A stretch of DNA of 64,000 bases from an uncultured Spirochaetota bacterium (GTDB taxonomy: Bacteria > Spirochaetota > Spirochaetia > SZUA-6 > Fen-1364). Position numbers and translations under genes: made by a program. Below are positions 18,102-28,317 of the stretch, one piece after another; the first letter of the stretch is position 1; each line of letters opens with the position of its first letter. The stretch covers positions 1,248,001 to 1,312,000 of the forward strand of contig CAWAHW010000002.1 of assembly GCA_963781885.1 (NCBI GenBank). The letters run 5' to 3'. A model generated the notes under the pieces. It was not told the DNA's origin. It did no database searches and saw only the letters and a list, made by a program, of their open reading frames with translations.

Positions 18102-18174
18102 CCGCGATGTGTGATCGCTCCCAGCGAACACCCCCCCGCTGCCTTACTATTTTTTCAACAGGAGGTTGAACGGT

Positions 18175-18414
18175 ATGGACGAGCTTTTTGAGAAAATGAA
18201 GAAACTCATCGCCGATCGCTTGGAGATCGACGAATCGAAGATCACACTCGACTCATCTTTCCGCCAGGACCTCGGGGCCGACAGCCTTGACACGTACGAG
18301 CTCGTGTACGCGATCGAGGAGGAGCTCGGCATCAGCATTCCGGATGAAAAGGCAAACGAGTTCGAAACGGTCCGCGACGCTCTGGAATACATCCGCTCTC
18401 AGGTAAAGAAATAG
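18175..18414 (+). CDS. acpP: Acyl carrier protein
   Basis: DLGADSLD motif, acidic composition, GGAGG RBS. Confidence 0.96.
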   Translation: MDELFEKMKKLIADRLEIDESKITLDSSFRQDLGADSLDTYELVYAIEEELGISIPDEKANEFETVRDALEYIRSQVKK

Positions 18415-18420
18415 CAGGTT

Positions 18421-19242
18421 TTGTTCACGAATATCCGGCGTTCACACGCTGCGCTTTCACCTGAACGAAAGAAGGAGCTCCAGCTCTTCGAGCGGCATGC
18501 AAAGATCCGCTTTCGGCGGCTGGAGTTCCTGAATCAGGCGTTCTCGCATCGTTCCTTCGCGCATGAGCTGGGAGAGCTCGGGGAGAACAACGAGCGGTTG
18601 GAGTTTCTCGGGGACTCCGTGCTCGGTCTCGTCGTCGCGGAATATGTCTACCAGACCCTTCCCGATCAGCCGGAGGGCGAGCTTGCGCGCATCAAGAGCT
18701 TCGTCGTCTCGGAAGCGAGCCTTTCAGAGATCGCCCGCGGGCTTCGGGTCGACAATTTCATCCTGATCGGCAAGGGTGAGGAATACTCGGGAGGCCGGTC
18801 GAAGAAGACCATCCTCGCCGACTGCCTGGAAGCCATCATCGGCGCCTATTACCTGGACTCGGGGTTTCCCGCTGCACAGAAATTCGTGCACATGATGCTC
18901 ATCCCGGAGATCAACAAGGTCCTGGAGAACCGGCACGCGAAAGACTACAAGACGCTTCTGCAAGAGCACGTGCAGAAGAAGATGAAAACGTATCCCAAGT
19001 ACCGCGTCGTCCAGAAGACGGGCCCGGACCATGACAAGACATTCTGGATCGAGGTGCACGTCGGCGACAAATCGTTCGGGGCGGGAAAAGGAAAAAACAA
19101 AAAGGAAGCGGAACAGGAGGCGGCGCGCCTGGCCTTTGAGGCCATGAACGTGCCGGAGAGACCCGTCCGCGCCGCAAAGACCCCTCCGGCCAATCGCGCC
19201 TCAAACCCGGCCCGCACGGACGGACCCGCCCGCAGAGGTTAG
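18421..19242 (+). CDS. rnc: Ribonuclease III
   Basis: NERLEFLGDSVLG signature; dsRBD ending GKGKNKKEAEQEAA. Confidence 0.98.
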   Translation: MFTNIRRSHAALSPERKKELQLFERHAKIRFRRLEFLNQAFSHRSFAHELGELGENNERLEFLGDSVLGLVVAEYVYQTLPDQPEGELARIKSFVVSEASLSEIARGLRVDNFILIGKGEEYSGGRSKKTILADCLEAIIGAYYLDSGFPAAQKFVHMMLIPEINKVLENRHAKDYKTLLQEHVQKKMKTYPKYRVVQKTGPDHDKTFWIEVHVGDKSFGAGKGKNKKEAEQEAARLAFEAMNVPERPVRAAKTPPANRASNPARTDGPARRG

Positions 19243-20597
19243 GTTCCTCCGAGTCTCTCCTTCAGCAGCCTTTGCGCAATCTGGAGCAGTTTCCCGCGTT
19301 CGTTCAGGCTCGGATCCTCCAGCACCGCCTGCAGAAGCTCCTTCAGGATGATTCCCACTCTCGGGCCCGCCGCGACACCGAGGCTCTCCATGAGGTCGCT
19401 GCCGTTGACGGCAAGACGCGAAACGGTGAATGCCTGGCCTGCTTCCTTCACCGCCTTGACGCGCCGCGCGAATTGCGCGAGCCCCTCGGGGAAGTGCTCC
19501 GCGTTCTCGGGGCACATGCCGATCTGGTCTGCCCTCCGCAGGGCCATCAGGTCGTCGATGGCCGGCTCGCCGACGCGTGCGATCAGCCTGCGCACGGCCG
19601 CATCCGACCATTCTTCCTGGTAGTTGAACATGTGGTGCGCCACCAAGTGGACGACGTCCTTGATCATGGCGTTCGGCAGCTTCAAGCGCAGGAGGATGTC
19701 CCGGGTCATGTCCGCGGACACCGTCTCGTGGCCGTAGAAGGTGGGCCGGCCGTCGGGCGCCGCGGCGAGCGTCCACGGCTTGCCGACGTCGTGGAGGAGG
19801 GCCGCCAGGCGAAGGACGGGCGACTCTCCGGGGGCCGCGTCGCAGGCCGCGAGGGAATGGATGAAGACGTCGTGGCAGTGATACCGGCCCTGCTGCATGC
19901 CGACGCCCTCGAGCAGCTCGGGAAGCACGACGCCCAGGATGCCCGTCTCCTTCATGAGCAGGAGCCCCGCGGACGGCGTGGGTGACGCGAGTATCTTCAG
20001 AAGCTCGTCGCGCACGCGCTCGGCCGAAACTTTCGCAAGGACGTCCAGCGTGCCCGGGATCGCTTTCCGCGTCGCCTCCTCCACGCTGAACTCCAGTTGG
20101 GCGGCGAACCGACAGGCGCGCAGCGGGCGCAACCCGTCCTCGCGGAAGCGCGCCGTCGGATCCCCGATGGCGCGGATGACCCTGCGGTCGATGTCCGCGC
20201 GTCCGTCGTGGGGATCGTTCATGCTGCGCCCGATGAGGTCGAAGGCAATGGCGTTGATCGTGAAATCCCGGCGCGCGAGGTCGGCTTCCAGGGACGGGGT
20301 GAAGACGACCGCGTCGGGACGACGGCCGTCGCTGTAGTCCGCGTCCGTGCGGAACGTGGTGACCTCGAATGTCGTGCCGCGGAAATGGACGGTCACCGTC
20401 CCGTGCTTGATGCCGGTGGGGATCACGCGCGCGAAAAGCGGAACGACCTGCGTCGGGAGCGCATCCGTGGCCACGTCGAGGTCGGTGTGGGGCCTGCCCA
20501 TGAGGATATCGCGAACGGCGCCGCCCACGAGGTGGCACTGGAAGCCGTGCTCCTTGAACACCGCGGCAAAATCGTAGGCAACCCGGGGGACGCGCAT
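19239..20597 (-). CDS. cca: Class II tRNA nucleotidyltransferase with HD domain
   Basis: VGGAVRD..DLDVAT, DLARRDFTINAIA, FREDGLRPLRA, LLHDVGK; start set just after a TTGACA-18-GATACT promoter. Confidence 0.9.
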   Translation of the reverse strand: MRVPRVAYDFAAVFKEHGFQCHLVGGAVRDILMGRPHTDLDVATDALPTQVVPLFARVIPTGIKHGTVTVHFRGTTFEVTTFRTDADYSDGRRPDAVVFTPSLEADLARRDFTINAIAFDLIGRSMNDPHDGRADIDRRVIRAIGDPTARFREDGLRPLRACRFAAQLEFSVEEATRKAIPGTLDVLAKVSAERVRDELLKILASPTPSAGLLLMKETGILGVVLPELLEGVGMQQGRYHCHDVFIHSLAACDAAPGESPVLRLAALLHDVGKPWTLAAAPDGRPTFYGHETVSADMTRDILLRLKLPNAMIKDVVHLVAHHMFNYQEEWSDAAVRRLIARVGEPAIDDLMALRRADQIGMCPENAEHFPEGLAQFARRVKAVKEAGQAFTVSRLAVNGSDLMESLGVAAGPRVGIILKELLQAVLEDPSLNERGKLLQIAQRLLKERLGGT

Positions 20598-20701
20598 GAC
20601 GGGGTGAGTATCTGCGGTGGCGCGCTGCCCTGTCAACAAAGACGGCGCACGGTTCATGCAGACCTGAGCCGGCGCCATGGCGGCGCGCGGGACGCGCTGA
20701 G

Positions 20702-20731
20702 AAAAAAAGCCGCCCTCATCCGGGCGGCTTT
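20702..20731 (-). terminator. Rho-independent terminator of the flagellin gene
   Basis: Minus strand AAAGCCGCCC-GGATGA-GGGCGGC-TTTTTTT. Confidence 0.85.
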
Positions 20732-20747
20732 GATCCGTTCAGTGCCT

Positions 20748-21620
20748 TTACTTGAAGAGCTGCAGGATGGACTGCGGTTTCGTGTTCGCCTGGGCGAGCA
20801 TTGCCGTGGAGGACTGCACGAGGATCTGGTCCTTCACGAACTCCACCATCTGGGCCGCCATGTCGGTGTCCCTGATCTGGGACTCGGCCGCCTGGAGGTT
20901 TTCCGCGCCGATGGAGAGACCCTTCATCGCGTACTCGAGCCGGTTCTGGTAGGCGCCGAGGTCCGCGCGCTGCTTGTTCACCAGGCGCAGGGCGTTGTCG
21001 AGCACGCCGATCGCCGCGTTGGCCCTGTCCGGCGAGGACAGCGAAATGAACGTCGCCGTGGACGGCCGGCCGTTCGCTCCCTGCACGCCGAGGCCCTGCG
21101 CGGTCATGGTCCCGATGATGACCTGGACGCGCTGGTCCATGTTCGCGCCGATCTGCAGCCACATGCTCGCGGTGACGGCATTTTCACCCGTCGCCTTGGC
21201 GAACCTGCCGGTGAGCATGTTCATGCCGTTGAACTGGGCGTGGGAGGCGATCCGGTTGATCTCGCTCACCAGCTGGGAGACCTCGACCTGGATCTGCATG
21301 CGGTCCTCGTTGGAGTAGATCCCGTTTGCCGCCTGCACGGAGAGCTCGCGGAGACGCTGCAGGATATCCTGGCTTTCCTGGAGATATCCCTCCGCTGTCT
21401 GGATGAAGGAAATGCCGTTCTCCGAGTTCGTTTCCGCCATGCGAAGGCCGCGGATCTGCGACCTCATCTTCTCCGACACGGCCAGACCGGATGCATCGTC
21501 GCCGGCCCGGTTGATGCGCTCGCCCGAGCTGAGCTTCTCCATGTCCTTGTCCGACGCAATGTTGTTGAACTTCAGGTTGCGCTCGGTGAAGATGGCAGAC
21601 ATGTTGTGATTGATGATCAT
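20748..21620 (-). CDS. flaB: Flagellin (periplasmic flagellar core protein)
   Basis: MIINHNMSA...[32 protein letters not shown]...[13 protein letters not shown]...AMLAQAN; short spirochete type. Confidence 0.97.
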   Translation of the reverse strand: MIINHNMSAIFTERNLKFNNIASDKDMEKLSSGERINRAGDDASGLAVSEKMRSQIRGLRMAETNSENGISFIQTAEGYLQESQDILQRLRELSVQAANGIYSNEDRMQIQVEVSQLVSEINRIASHAQFNGMNMLTGRFAKATGENAVTASMWLQIGANMDQRVQVIIGTMTAQGLGVQGANGRPSTATFISLSSPDRANAAIGVLDNALRLVNKQRADLGAYQNRLEYAMKGLSIGAENLQAAESQIRDTDMAAQMVEFVKDQILVQSSTAMLAQANTKPQSILQLFK

Positions 21621-21624
21621 CTCA

Positions 21625-21673
21625 TCCTCCTTGAATGTGTGTCCCGGACTTCCCTGTCCGGGCCGATCCTGTC
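21625..21673 (-). promoter_or_regulatory. CsrA-type GGA sites in the flaB leader
   Basis: Hairpin CCCGGAC-AGGGAA-GTCCGGG (21662-21643), an upstream ACAGGA, and SD AAGGAGGA. Confidence 0.7.
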
Positions 21674-21717
21674 ACCGCAGGGCGGGACCCGCGCCAGTGG
21701 CGACATTCCATATTCAA

Positions 21718-21744
21718 TGCTCGGACGAATCCAAAAGTGCTTGA
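21718..21744 (-). promoter_or_regulatory. Sigma28 (FliA)-type promoter of flaB
   Basis: TCAA-N15-TCCGAGCA, compared with consensus TAAA-N15-GCCGATAA. Confidence 0.6.
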
Positions 21745-21792
21745 GGGATTTCGTTTCTTGAACGCGGCGGCGGAAATCGCTACTCTGCGGGC

Positions 21793-22449
21793 ATGCCGGA
21801 TGCTGCGCGGGAAGGAGACGACGGAGCGGCGCGGGGCCTGCTCGTCATCGGCGGGAGCGGGCCGTCGCCGTCCGTTCTCCGCTCGTGCGCGCGCGGCGTG
21901 CGGATGGTCGTAGCCGCCGATTCCGGTCTGGACCACTGCATCGCGGCGGAGGTCACGCCCGACCTTGTCGTCGGCGACATGGATTCCCTTTCCGACCGCG
22001 CCCTGCTCTCGCGGTTTCCGGCAGAGCGCGTCATTGCCTTTTCGCACGACAAGGATGAGACGGACACGGAGATCGGCGTGCGGCTTCTCTTCCAGAAAGG
22101 GTGCCGGCTCATCACCATTGCCGGCGGGGGAGGGGGGAGACTCGATCACCTCCTGGGCGTCGCGGCGCTCTTCGAGCGGGATCCGGCCCCGTCGCGCTGG
22201 GTGACCGACCGCGAAGACCTGCTGCTCGTGGAAGGTGAGGCCGTGTTCAGCGGGTGGCGGGGAAGCACCGTCTCCGTCTTTCCCGTCGGCGCGCGCGCCG
22301 GCGAGATGCATTCCGACGGGCTCCAATGGCCGCTGGACGGCCTGGAGTTTCGACGCGGCTTCGCGGGCATCAGCAACAGGGCCGTCGCCGATACGGTGCG
22401 CATTTCCGTGGGCGAGGGAAAGCTTCTCGTGATACACTTTCTTCCGTAG
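21793..22449 (+). CDS. thiN: Thiamine diphosphokinase
   Basis: AADSGLDH, VVGDMDS, KDETDTE, GGRLDH, GLQWPL, GISN. Confidence 0.93.
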   Translation: MPDAAREGDDGAARGLLVIGGSGPSPSVLRSCARGVRMVVAADSGLDHCIAAEVTPDLVVGDMDSLSDRALLSRFPAERVIAFSHDKDETDTEIGVRLLFQKGCRLITIAGGGGGRLDHLLGVAALFERDPAPSRWVTDREDLLLVEGEAVFSGWRGSTVSVFPVGARAGEMHSDGLQWPLDGLEFRRGFAGISNRAVADTVRISVGEGKLLVIHFLP

Positions 22450-22452
22450 GAA

Positions 22453-24234
22453 ATGATGAGAATGGAGAAGAGCCGGCTGGAAGAGCTCTCCAAAGAGCTC
22501 CCGGAAAAGGAAAGAAAGGAGCTTCTCGAGCGCATCGGTCGCCGCATGGAGCAGGAGGAGGGCGAAGATCCCGTCCCCGTCGAGCTCCAGCAGGACGAGC
22601 GCGACAAGATCATCGCCTTCGAGCTGAAGAAGGCAAGTGCCTGGGTGCGCTTCCAGCTCTGGCTGCGGACGCTCATGAGCGGAAAGCCCCGCAAGGAGGT
22701 CTTCCTCGACATCCGGCTGCGCATGCTGAAAAGCCATATCCGCGCGCTCTCTCCCGGCATCACAGGTTTTGAAACACGCGACCTCTCGGTCAAATTCGCC
22801 CGCAAGCTCTTTGACCTCTATGTGAAGGTCCAGGCAGTGGCCGGGATTTACCACGCGCTGGCCTCCGACAAGGCGGTCCGGGGCGCCGCCTACGCCTGGT
22901 ACGTCGAGCAACGCTGGGAGCATGCGAAAAAGGGCCTGGACGAGTTCATCCGCACGGAGGAAATGGAGGAGATTTTTGCCCAGACCGGACAGACGGATGA
23001 GATCAAGAAGAAGCTGTCCCTCCGTCTGAACGATTACGTGCATGCACTGCCCGAAAGCTTCCTCCTCCAGCTCGAGGCGGAGGCGAAGCTGCACCTTTCC
23101 CTGGGTCGGCTGGTGGCATTCCCTTTCGCGACGTTCTTCCGCTACTTCAATTTCCTCCTGGCCGACTCCACGGAGCCTCACGCCCCGTCCTTTGAAGCCG
23201 CCCCGGTCATGCTCACCCTCGATCTCATGGAGAAGCTGCACGTCACCTTCGGCCTTTTTGACGCGAGCGCGCCAGATTATCTCTATGCGGAAGAGCCCAT
23301 CTCCTGCTACTTCGCGTTGCGCGCGGGGGTGAAGCCAGGCGTCGAAGAGGCGGCCAAGCACGACGAGGAGTTGGGCAGGCTGCGCGGGGACATCATGGCC
23401 ATCGTGCACGAGATCGACGCCTTCGAGTCATCCATCCCGCTGCTCGATCTCCTGCGCTATTTCCGCCGTGACCCGTGGTTCCAGCTCGTCGTCAACGCGC
23501 CGCGGCTGTATCTGCGGAGCATGTATTTTTCCACGCTCAAAGCGCGCTTCGGGCAGGAGCTGGAGGAGCAGTTGGGCGGCGTGAAAGAGAGGGTGATCGC
23601 GCGGAAGGTCCAGGAGGTGCTCAAGGGCCAGAAGATGCTGGACTTCACCTGGTACAGGGAGAACCCCGATTTCGATTTCCGCAAGCTCGGGTTGTCCTAC
23701 TTTTCCTGCATCCGCAGTCTCACGCTCGTCTACAACTACCTCCTCCAGCAGTTCAAGGGCGCCGTCCAGGAGGCGGCGGGGCTCGTGGCCTCCACCGTGC
23801 TCGCCAACAACCGCATCATGCAAAGCCGGCTCACGCAGAATATTTCAGGGTTGGAGGACCTGGAGGCGCGCATCGTGCTTTTCGACCGCGCCCTCTCCCC
23901 GGACGAGGAGGACGGCAAGCAACTGGGCAAGTTCCGTTTCAATCTGGCAACGGACCTGCTGTTGCAGAAGAGCTACCGCGCCTTCATCAGCCAGAAGGAT
24001 CGCGACGCGCGGGACCTCATCGAAAAGGGGCGCGAGTACCTGGGCGCCATCCGCAAGACATTCGACGAGATACGGACGAGCACGTTCGACAACACCCGCT
24101 CGCTGCTGAAGACGCTCCACATGTATCGGGGCCGCAACCAGACCCTCGGGCAGATCCTCAACGCGCGGTCGGAGAATGTCGGGGTTTTCCTGAAGCTGCT
24201 CGATCAGCTTCTGGAGCTTGAAAAAGGCTCCTGA
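22453..24234 (+). CDS. Conserved helical hypothetical protein (possibly DUF5312-like)
   Basis: 593-aa ORF with native codon style; family assignment is from memory only. Confidence 0.7.
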   Translation: MMRMEKSRLEELSKELPEKERKELLERIGRRMEQEEGEDPVPVELQQDERDKIIAFELKKASAWVRFQLWLRTLMSGKPRKEVFLDIRLRMLKSHIRALSPGITGFETRDLSVKFARKLFDLYVKVQAVAGIYHALASDKAVRGAAYAWYVEQRWEHAKKGLDEFIRTEEMEEIFAQTGQTDEIKKKLSLRLNDYVHALPESFLLQLEAEAKLHLSLGRLVAFPFATFFRYFNFLLADSTEPHAPSFEAAPVMLTLDLMEKLHVTFGLFDASAPDYLYAEEPISCYFALRAGVKPGVEEAAKHDEELGRLRGDIMAIVHEIDAFESSIPLLDLLRYFRRDPWFQLVVNAPRLYLRSMYFSTLKARFGQELEEQLGGVKERVIARKVQEVLKGQKMLDFTWYRENPDFDFRKLGLSYFSCIRSLTLVYNYLLQQFKGAVQEAAGLVASTVLANNRIMQSRLTQNISGLEDLEARIVLFDRALSPDEEDGKQLGKFRFNLATDLLLQKSYRAFISQKDRDARDLIEKGREYLGAIRKTFDEIRTSTFDNTRSLLKTLHMYRGRNQTLGQILNARSENVGVFLKLLDQLLELEKGS

Positions 24235-24713
24235 GCGATGATGGCGGAGAGACGCCGGGCGGTTTCCCGCGGGTCCTCCACCAGCACGCGCTTTCCGGCG
24301 ATCAGGTCGGCGATGCCTGTCTCCCGCGGGTAGCGCGGGATGATGTGCAGGTGCAGATGATTGATCGACGCCCCTGCCGCGGCGCCCATGTTGAAGCCGA
24401 TATTGTACGCGTGGGGCGCGCACGCCCGGTCCAGGATGCCGAGGAGCCAGCGCTGCAGGGCGGCGAGCTCGCTCTCCTCTTCCCGGGTGAGCTCGCGGAT
24501 GTCCTCCACGTGGCGGCAGGGATAGATCATGAGATGACCCGGGTTGTACGGGTAGAGATTCACGGAGGCAACGAATTGCTCGTCGCGCCAGATGCTCAGG
24601 TCCACGACGTCCGGGCTGCGGTCACGCGCAAGACAGAGGATGCACCCCGCGGGGTGGCGTCCCTTCACGTAGGACATCTTGTCGAAATTGAAGAAATACC
24701 CGCTGTCGCCCAT
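24204..24713 (-). CDS. HIT family hydrolase (FHIT/Ap4A type)
   Basis: CILC, NLYPYNPGHLMI, AGASINHLHLHIIPR. Confidence 0.93.
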   Translation of the reverse strand: MGDSGYFFNFDKMSYVKGRHPAGCILCLARDRSPDVVDLSIWRDEQFVASVNLYPYNPGHLMIYPCRHVEDIRELTREEESELAALQRWLLGILDRACAPHAYNIGFNMGAAAGASINHLHLHIIPRYPRETGIADLIAGKRVLVEDPRETARRLSAIIAQEPFSSSRS

Positions 24714-24757
24714 GTCTCTTTGTGGTTCGTCCCCGGCCGAACGATGATCGCGCGCGC

Positions 24758-25093
24758 ATGAAAGGGTACAGGTTTCTCTCCCGGGTGTCCAGTTTCACCG
24801 GTCGCGCGGTCGTCTTCTTCTTCCTCCTCTCGGTTCTTTTTTTCTTCTTCTACATGCTGGGCAATTACCAGGATTTCCTGGATTCGACGCAAATGCTTCT
24901 CCTCTTTCTCCTGCGCATCTCCCTCTCCCTGGAGCTCGTGACGGGGGTGTGGCTTGGGGGGCTCCTTGTCTACCGCAATGCGCGCGAGCATCGCCCGCTG
25001 GTCGTCCGCTGGATCCTCCTTATCCTCTCCCTCATCATCTGCGGTGTCCTTCTCACCGCTCTGCGATTCGTGCAGCAATGGCTGCGCCCTTGA
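24758..25093 (+). CDS. Small membrane protein (3 TM)
   Basis: Three hydrophobic segments; YMLGNYQDFLDSTQ loop. Confidence 0.75.
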   Translation: MKGYRFLSRVSSFTGRAVVFFFLLSVLFFFFYMLGNYQDFLDSTQMLLLFLLRISLSLELVTGVWLGGLLVYRNAREHRPLVVRWILLILSLIICGVLLTALRFVQQWLRP

Positions 25094-25114
25094 AAACCCG
25101 TTATACTCACACGC

Positions 25115-26257
25115 ATGACCCCCTTCAGCCTCGAGATGCCCGCGGCAATTCACTTCGGCAACGGTGCGCTTGAGAAGCTGCCTCACGTGATTGACGGCTT
25201 CGGCGGCCGGGTCCTGCTGGTCGCCGGTTCGGGGTGGTCGTCAGGACCGGGAGGGGAGGCGGCCATCACCGGCAGGCTGGGAAAATGCGTCGTTCATCGC
25301 GTCACCTGTCGCTCCATGGAGCCGACAACCGAGTCGCTGGAGGCAATCGCCCTGTCTGCTGCGGGATTCGGCCCTGACGTCATCCTGGCGGTGGGTGGCG
25401 GGTCGGTCATGGATACCGCGAAGGCGCTTTCCGCACTGCTCCGCTATCCCGGTCCGGCCGAGCGCTTCCTCGAGGGTCTGGAAGGCTCCTGCCCGATCCC
25501 GGGGCCCTGTCTGCCCTGGGTCGCCGTTCCGACCACCGCGGGGACGGGAGCCGAGGCGACAAAAAACGCGGTGGTACGCGCCCTCCGGCTGGGAGTGAAG
25601 CGCAGCATGCGCTCGGCTCATCTCCTGGCACGCGCAGTCATCGTGGACCCCACGCTCACGCTGTCCCTGCCGGCGCGCGTCACCGGCACGTCGGGCCTGG
25701 ATGCGCTCACGCAGCTTGTGGAATCCTATGTCAGCAGGACAAGCACTCCATTCGTGCAGGCCCTCGTGGAGGGCGCATTCCCTGCGATGCTCCATGCCCT
25801 GCAGGGGCTTGCCGACAATCCAGATGACGTCGACCTCCGTTCGGCCGCAAGCTACGGCGCGCTTGTGAGCGGCATCGCGCTCGCCAATGCGGGGCTCGGC
25901 GCGGCGCACGGTTTTGCCGCCGCGATCGGAGGCATGTACGATGTCCCCCATGGACTTGCGTGCGCGGTGCTTCTCCCGCATGTGCTGGAGGCGAACGCGA
26001 CGATCATCGAGGACCGCGTCGCCCATCTTGCGGGCAACCTGTGCGACGCTTCCAGGGGCACGGCGGTCGCCTGGCTTGCCGGGGTGGTCAGATCGATGCT
26101 CGGGGCCTACGGGCTTCCCCAGACGCTGAGAGATTTCCATATCGATCCCGCGTCGATCCCCGAGCTTGCGGAAAGGTCATCCGGCTCCAGCATGCGGGGA
26201 AATCCCCGGGAAATCGGCATGGAGGAGAGGATCGAAATCCTCTCAGCCGTGATATAG
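25115..26257 (+). CDS. Iron-containing alcohol dehydrogenase
   Basis: GGGSVMDTAK, PTTAGTGAEAT, DALTQLVE, LGAAHG, PHG. Confidence 0.93.
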   Translation: MTPFSLEMPAAIHFGNGALEKLPHVIDGFGGRVLLVAGSGWSSGPGGEAAITGRLGKCVVHRVTCRSMEPTTESLEAIALSAAGFGPDVILAVGGGSVMDTAKALSALLRYPGPAERFLEGLEGSCPIPGPCLPWVAVPTTAGTGAEATKNAVVRALRLGVKRSMRSAHLLARAVIVDPTLTLSLPARVTGTSGLDALTQLVESYVSRTSTPFVQALVEGAFPAMLHALQGLADNPDDVDLRSAASYGALVSGIALANAGLGAAHGFAAAIGGMYDVPHGLACAVLLPHVLEANATIIEDRVAHLAGNLCDASRGTAVAWLAGVVRSMLGAYGLPQTLRDFHIDPASIPELAERSSGSSMRGNPREIGMEERIEILSAVI

Positions 26258-26261
26258 GTCG

Positions 26262-26317
26262 GCCACGGTACACCGTGGCTGGGTCTGCCACGGTACACCG
26301 TGGCTGGGTCTGCCACG
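26262..26317. repeat. Second locus of the GCCACGG hairpin repeat (2 full units plus a partial third, 25-bp period)
   Basis: GCCACGG-TACA-CCGTGGC-TGGGTCT at 26262 and 26287; partial GCCACG at 26312. Confidence 0.9.
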
Positions 26318-26364
26318 CGACGTCCCTTGGTGGACGGTCGCGGCATGACGCGAAGGAGTATCGA

Positions 26365-26730
26365 ATGACAAGAGCCGTCCGCGGCGCCATACAGGTCGAG
26401 TCCAATAGTGCCGCGCTGATCGAGCAGGCAACCGCACGGCTGATCGCGCGTATGCGGGACGCCAATGCAATTGCCGAGAATTTCATCGTGAGCATCATTT
26501 TCTCCCTGACGGCGGACCTCACCGCCGCGAATCCTGCTACGGCGCTTCGCCGGCATGGCTACGTGGAGACTCCCCTGTTCTGCACGCAGGAGGCCCAGGT
26601 CGACAGCGGCATGCCGCGCATGCTTCGCGTGCTTCTTACCTTCGAATCGCTGGAGCACCGCCGTCTGGTTCCCATCTACCTCGATGGCGCCGAATCGCTG
26701 CGGCCGGACCTGCAGGGCGAAAGCGGGTGA
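26365..26730 (+). CDS. aroH: Chorismate mutase, AroH class
   Basis: RAVRGAIQV, SIIFSLTADLTAANPATALR, PLFCTQE, YLDGAESLRPDL; AAGGAG RBS. Confidence 0.92.
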   Translation: MTRAVRGAIQVESNSAALIEQATARLIARMRDANAIAENFIVSIIFSLTADLTAANPATALRRHGYVETPLFCTQEAQVDSGMPRMLRVLLTFESLEHRRLVPIYLDGAESLRPDLQGESG

Positions 26731-28317
26731 AAAGCGGTCTTTCCATCTGGCATGTCGCGCGGGAATACGCGGGCATTGCAGAAGCCGGTGGCGTGAAGGA
26801 CGTCGTCCGCGGGCTGGCCGAGGCGCTTGCGCGCACCGGCGCCTCCGCCAGCGTCGTGCTGCCCCTGTATGGATTCATGTCGGACGATCTTCGTCGCGCG
26901 CCGGTCGTTACGACATTCGAGCTCTCCCTTCCCGACCAGGACCAGGAGAACCGTTTTTTTACCGAAGAGGTCGCCATCCGGATGGCCATGCTCGACGGCG
27001 TCCGCCTCCTCCTCGTCGACGCCCCGCGCTTTTCCGCGGCCCGTGACGTCTACGTCCATACGGACAGGGACGAGGAGGAGAATCTCTGGCGCAAAAGGGG
27101 CACGGGGCACTGGGACTTTCACCAGAAGAATCTCCTCCTGCAACGGTCGGCCCTGGAGACCGCCGTTGCGCTCGGGGAAAAGCCCGATGTCTTTCATTGC
27201 CATGACGGGCATACCGCATTTCTGCCCGGCGCTCCTGCGTGAAGATCCACGCTATGCACGCGCGCTGCCGTCAAGCTCCTCCGTCCTCACGATCCATAAT
27301 GCCGGCGCGGGCTATCACCAGGAGGTCTGGGACCTGCACTTCTGCCATTTGCTCACGGGTCTTGACCCCGAGGTGCTCGAAAAAGGCATTCTGGGAGGCA
27401 GGGTGGATCCGCTCCTCCTTGCCGGCTCATATGCGCCCCTGGTCACCGTATCCGAGCAGTACGCGCTCGAATTGCTGGACGGCCAGGACATTCAGGAAAA
27501 TGGCGGCCTGGGGGCGGCGTTGCGAGCAAAAGGCATCGCCCTGACAGGCATCACCAACGGCATCGATCCCGTCCCCTACGATCCCCGGCCCGTGCCGGGT
27601 CCTGTTCCCTTCAGCTTCGATCCTTCAGTCGGCGAGCTTGCCGGGAAGAGGAAATGCCGCGAGTTGCTGGGAAAGACTCTGGGCAATCCCGCGGCAGTCG
27701 GGGGCAGGGGGCCTTTGTATGTCTTCGTCGGCCGTCTCACGGGACAGAAAGGCATCGACGTCCTCATCCGCGCGCTCCAGGGCCTTGTCCGGGGGGAGCC
27801 GTCGCGGCATTTTGTCGTCCTCGGCCGCGGAGAGAAAGAGCTGGAGGCGATGCTGTCGTCCCTGGCCGACGAGTCGCTGAGCGCCGGCAGGTTGACGTTT
27901 CTGTCGCGCTACGACCCCAGGCTGGCCTCCCTCATTAATGCCGCAAGCGATTTCTTCCTGATCCCGTCGGCCTTCGAGCCGTGCGGCCTCACGGATTTCA
28001 TCGCGCAACTCATGGGAAGCATTCCCGTCGTCCACCGGGTGGGCGGTCTCCACAAGGTCCGCGACGGGGAGACGGGATTCTCCTATGACGCGCACACTTC
28101 CGCGGCGCTGGCGGAAGCAGTGGAGCGCACGACGCGTCTTTACTTCCAGTCGCAGGACGTCCTGGACAGGATCCGCAGGACGGCTTTTGCGGAAATTTTC
28201 GCCCTGCACACCTGGGACAGGGTGCTTGCGGATTCCTACCTGCCTCTCTACCAGTCTCTTCGGGAGGATGCCGTCCGCGGCGCGCCGCGGCGCGGGGAAG
28301 CATGGACGCAGAGATAA
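26727..28317 (+). pseudogene. glgA: Glycogen/starch synthase (GT5) with an apparent +1 frameshift (probably a sequencing error)
   Basis: HCHDGHT, TIHN, TVSEQYA, GITNGID, GRLTGQKG, PSAFEPCGL. The two frames join if one C of CCC (27225-27227) is removed. Confidence 0.85.
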
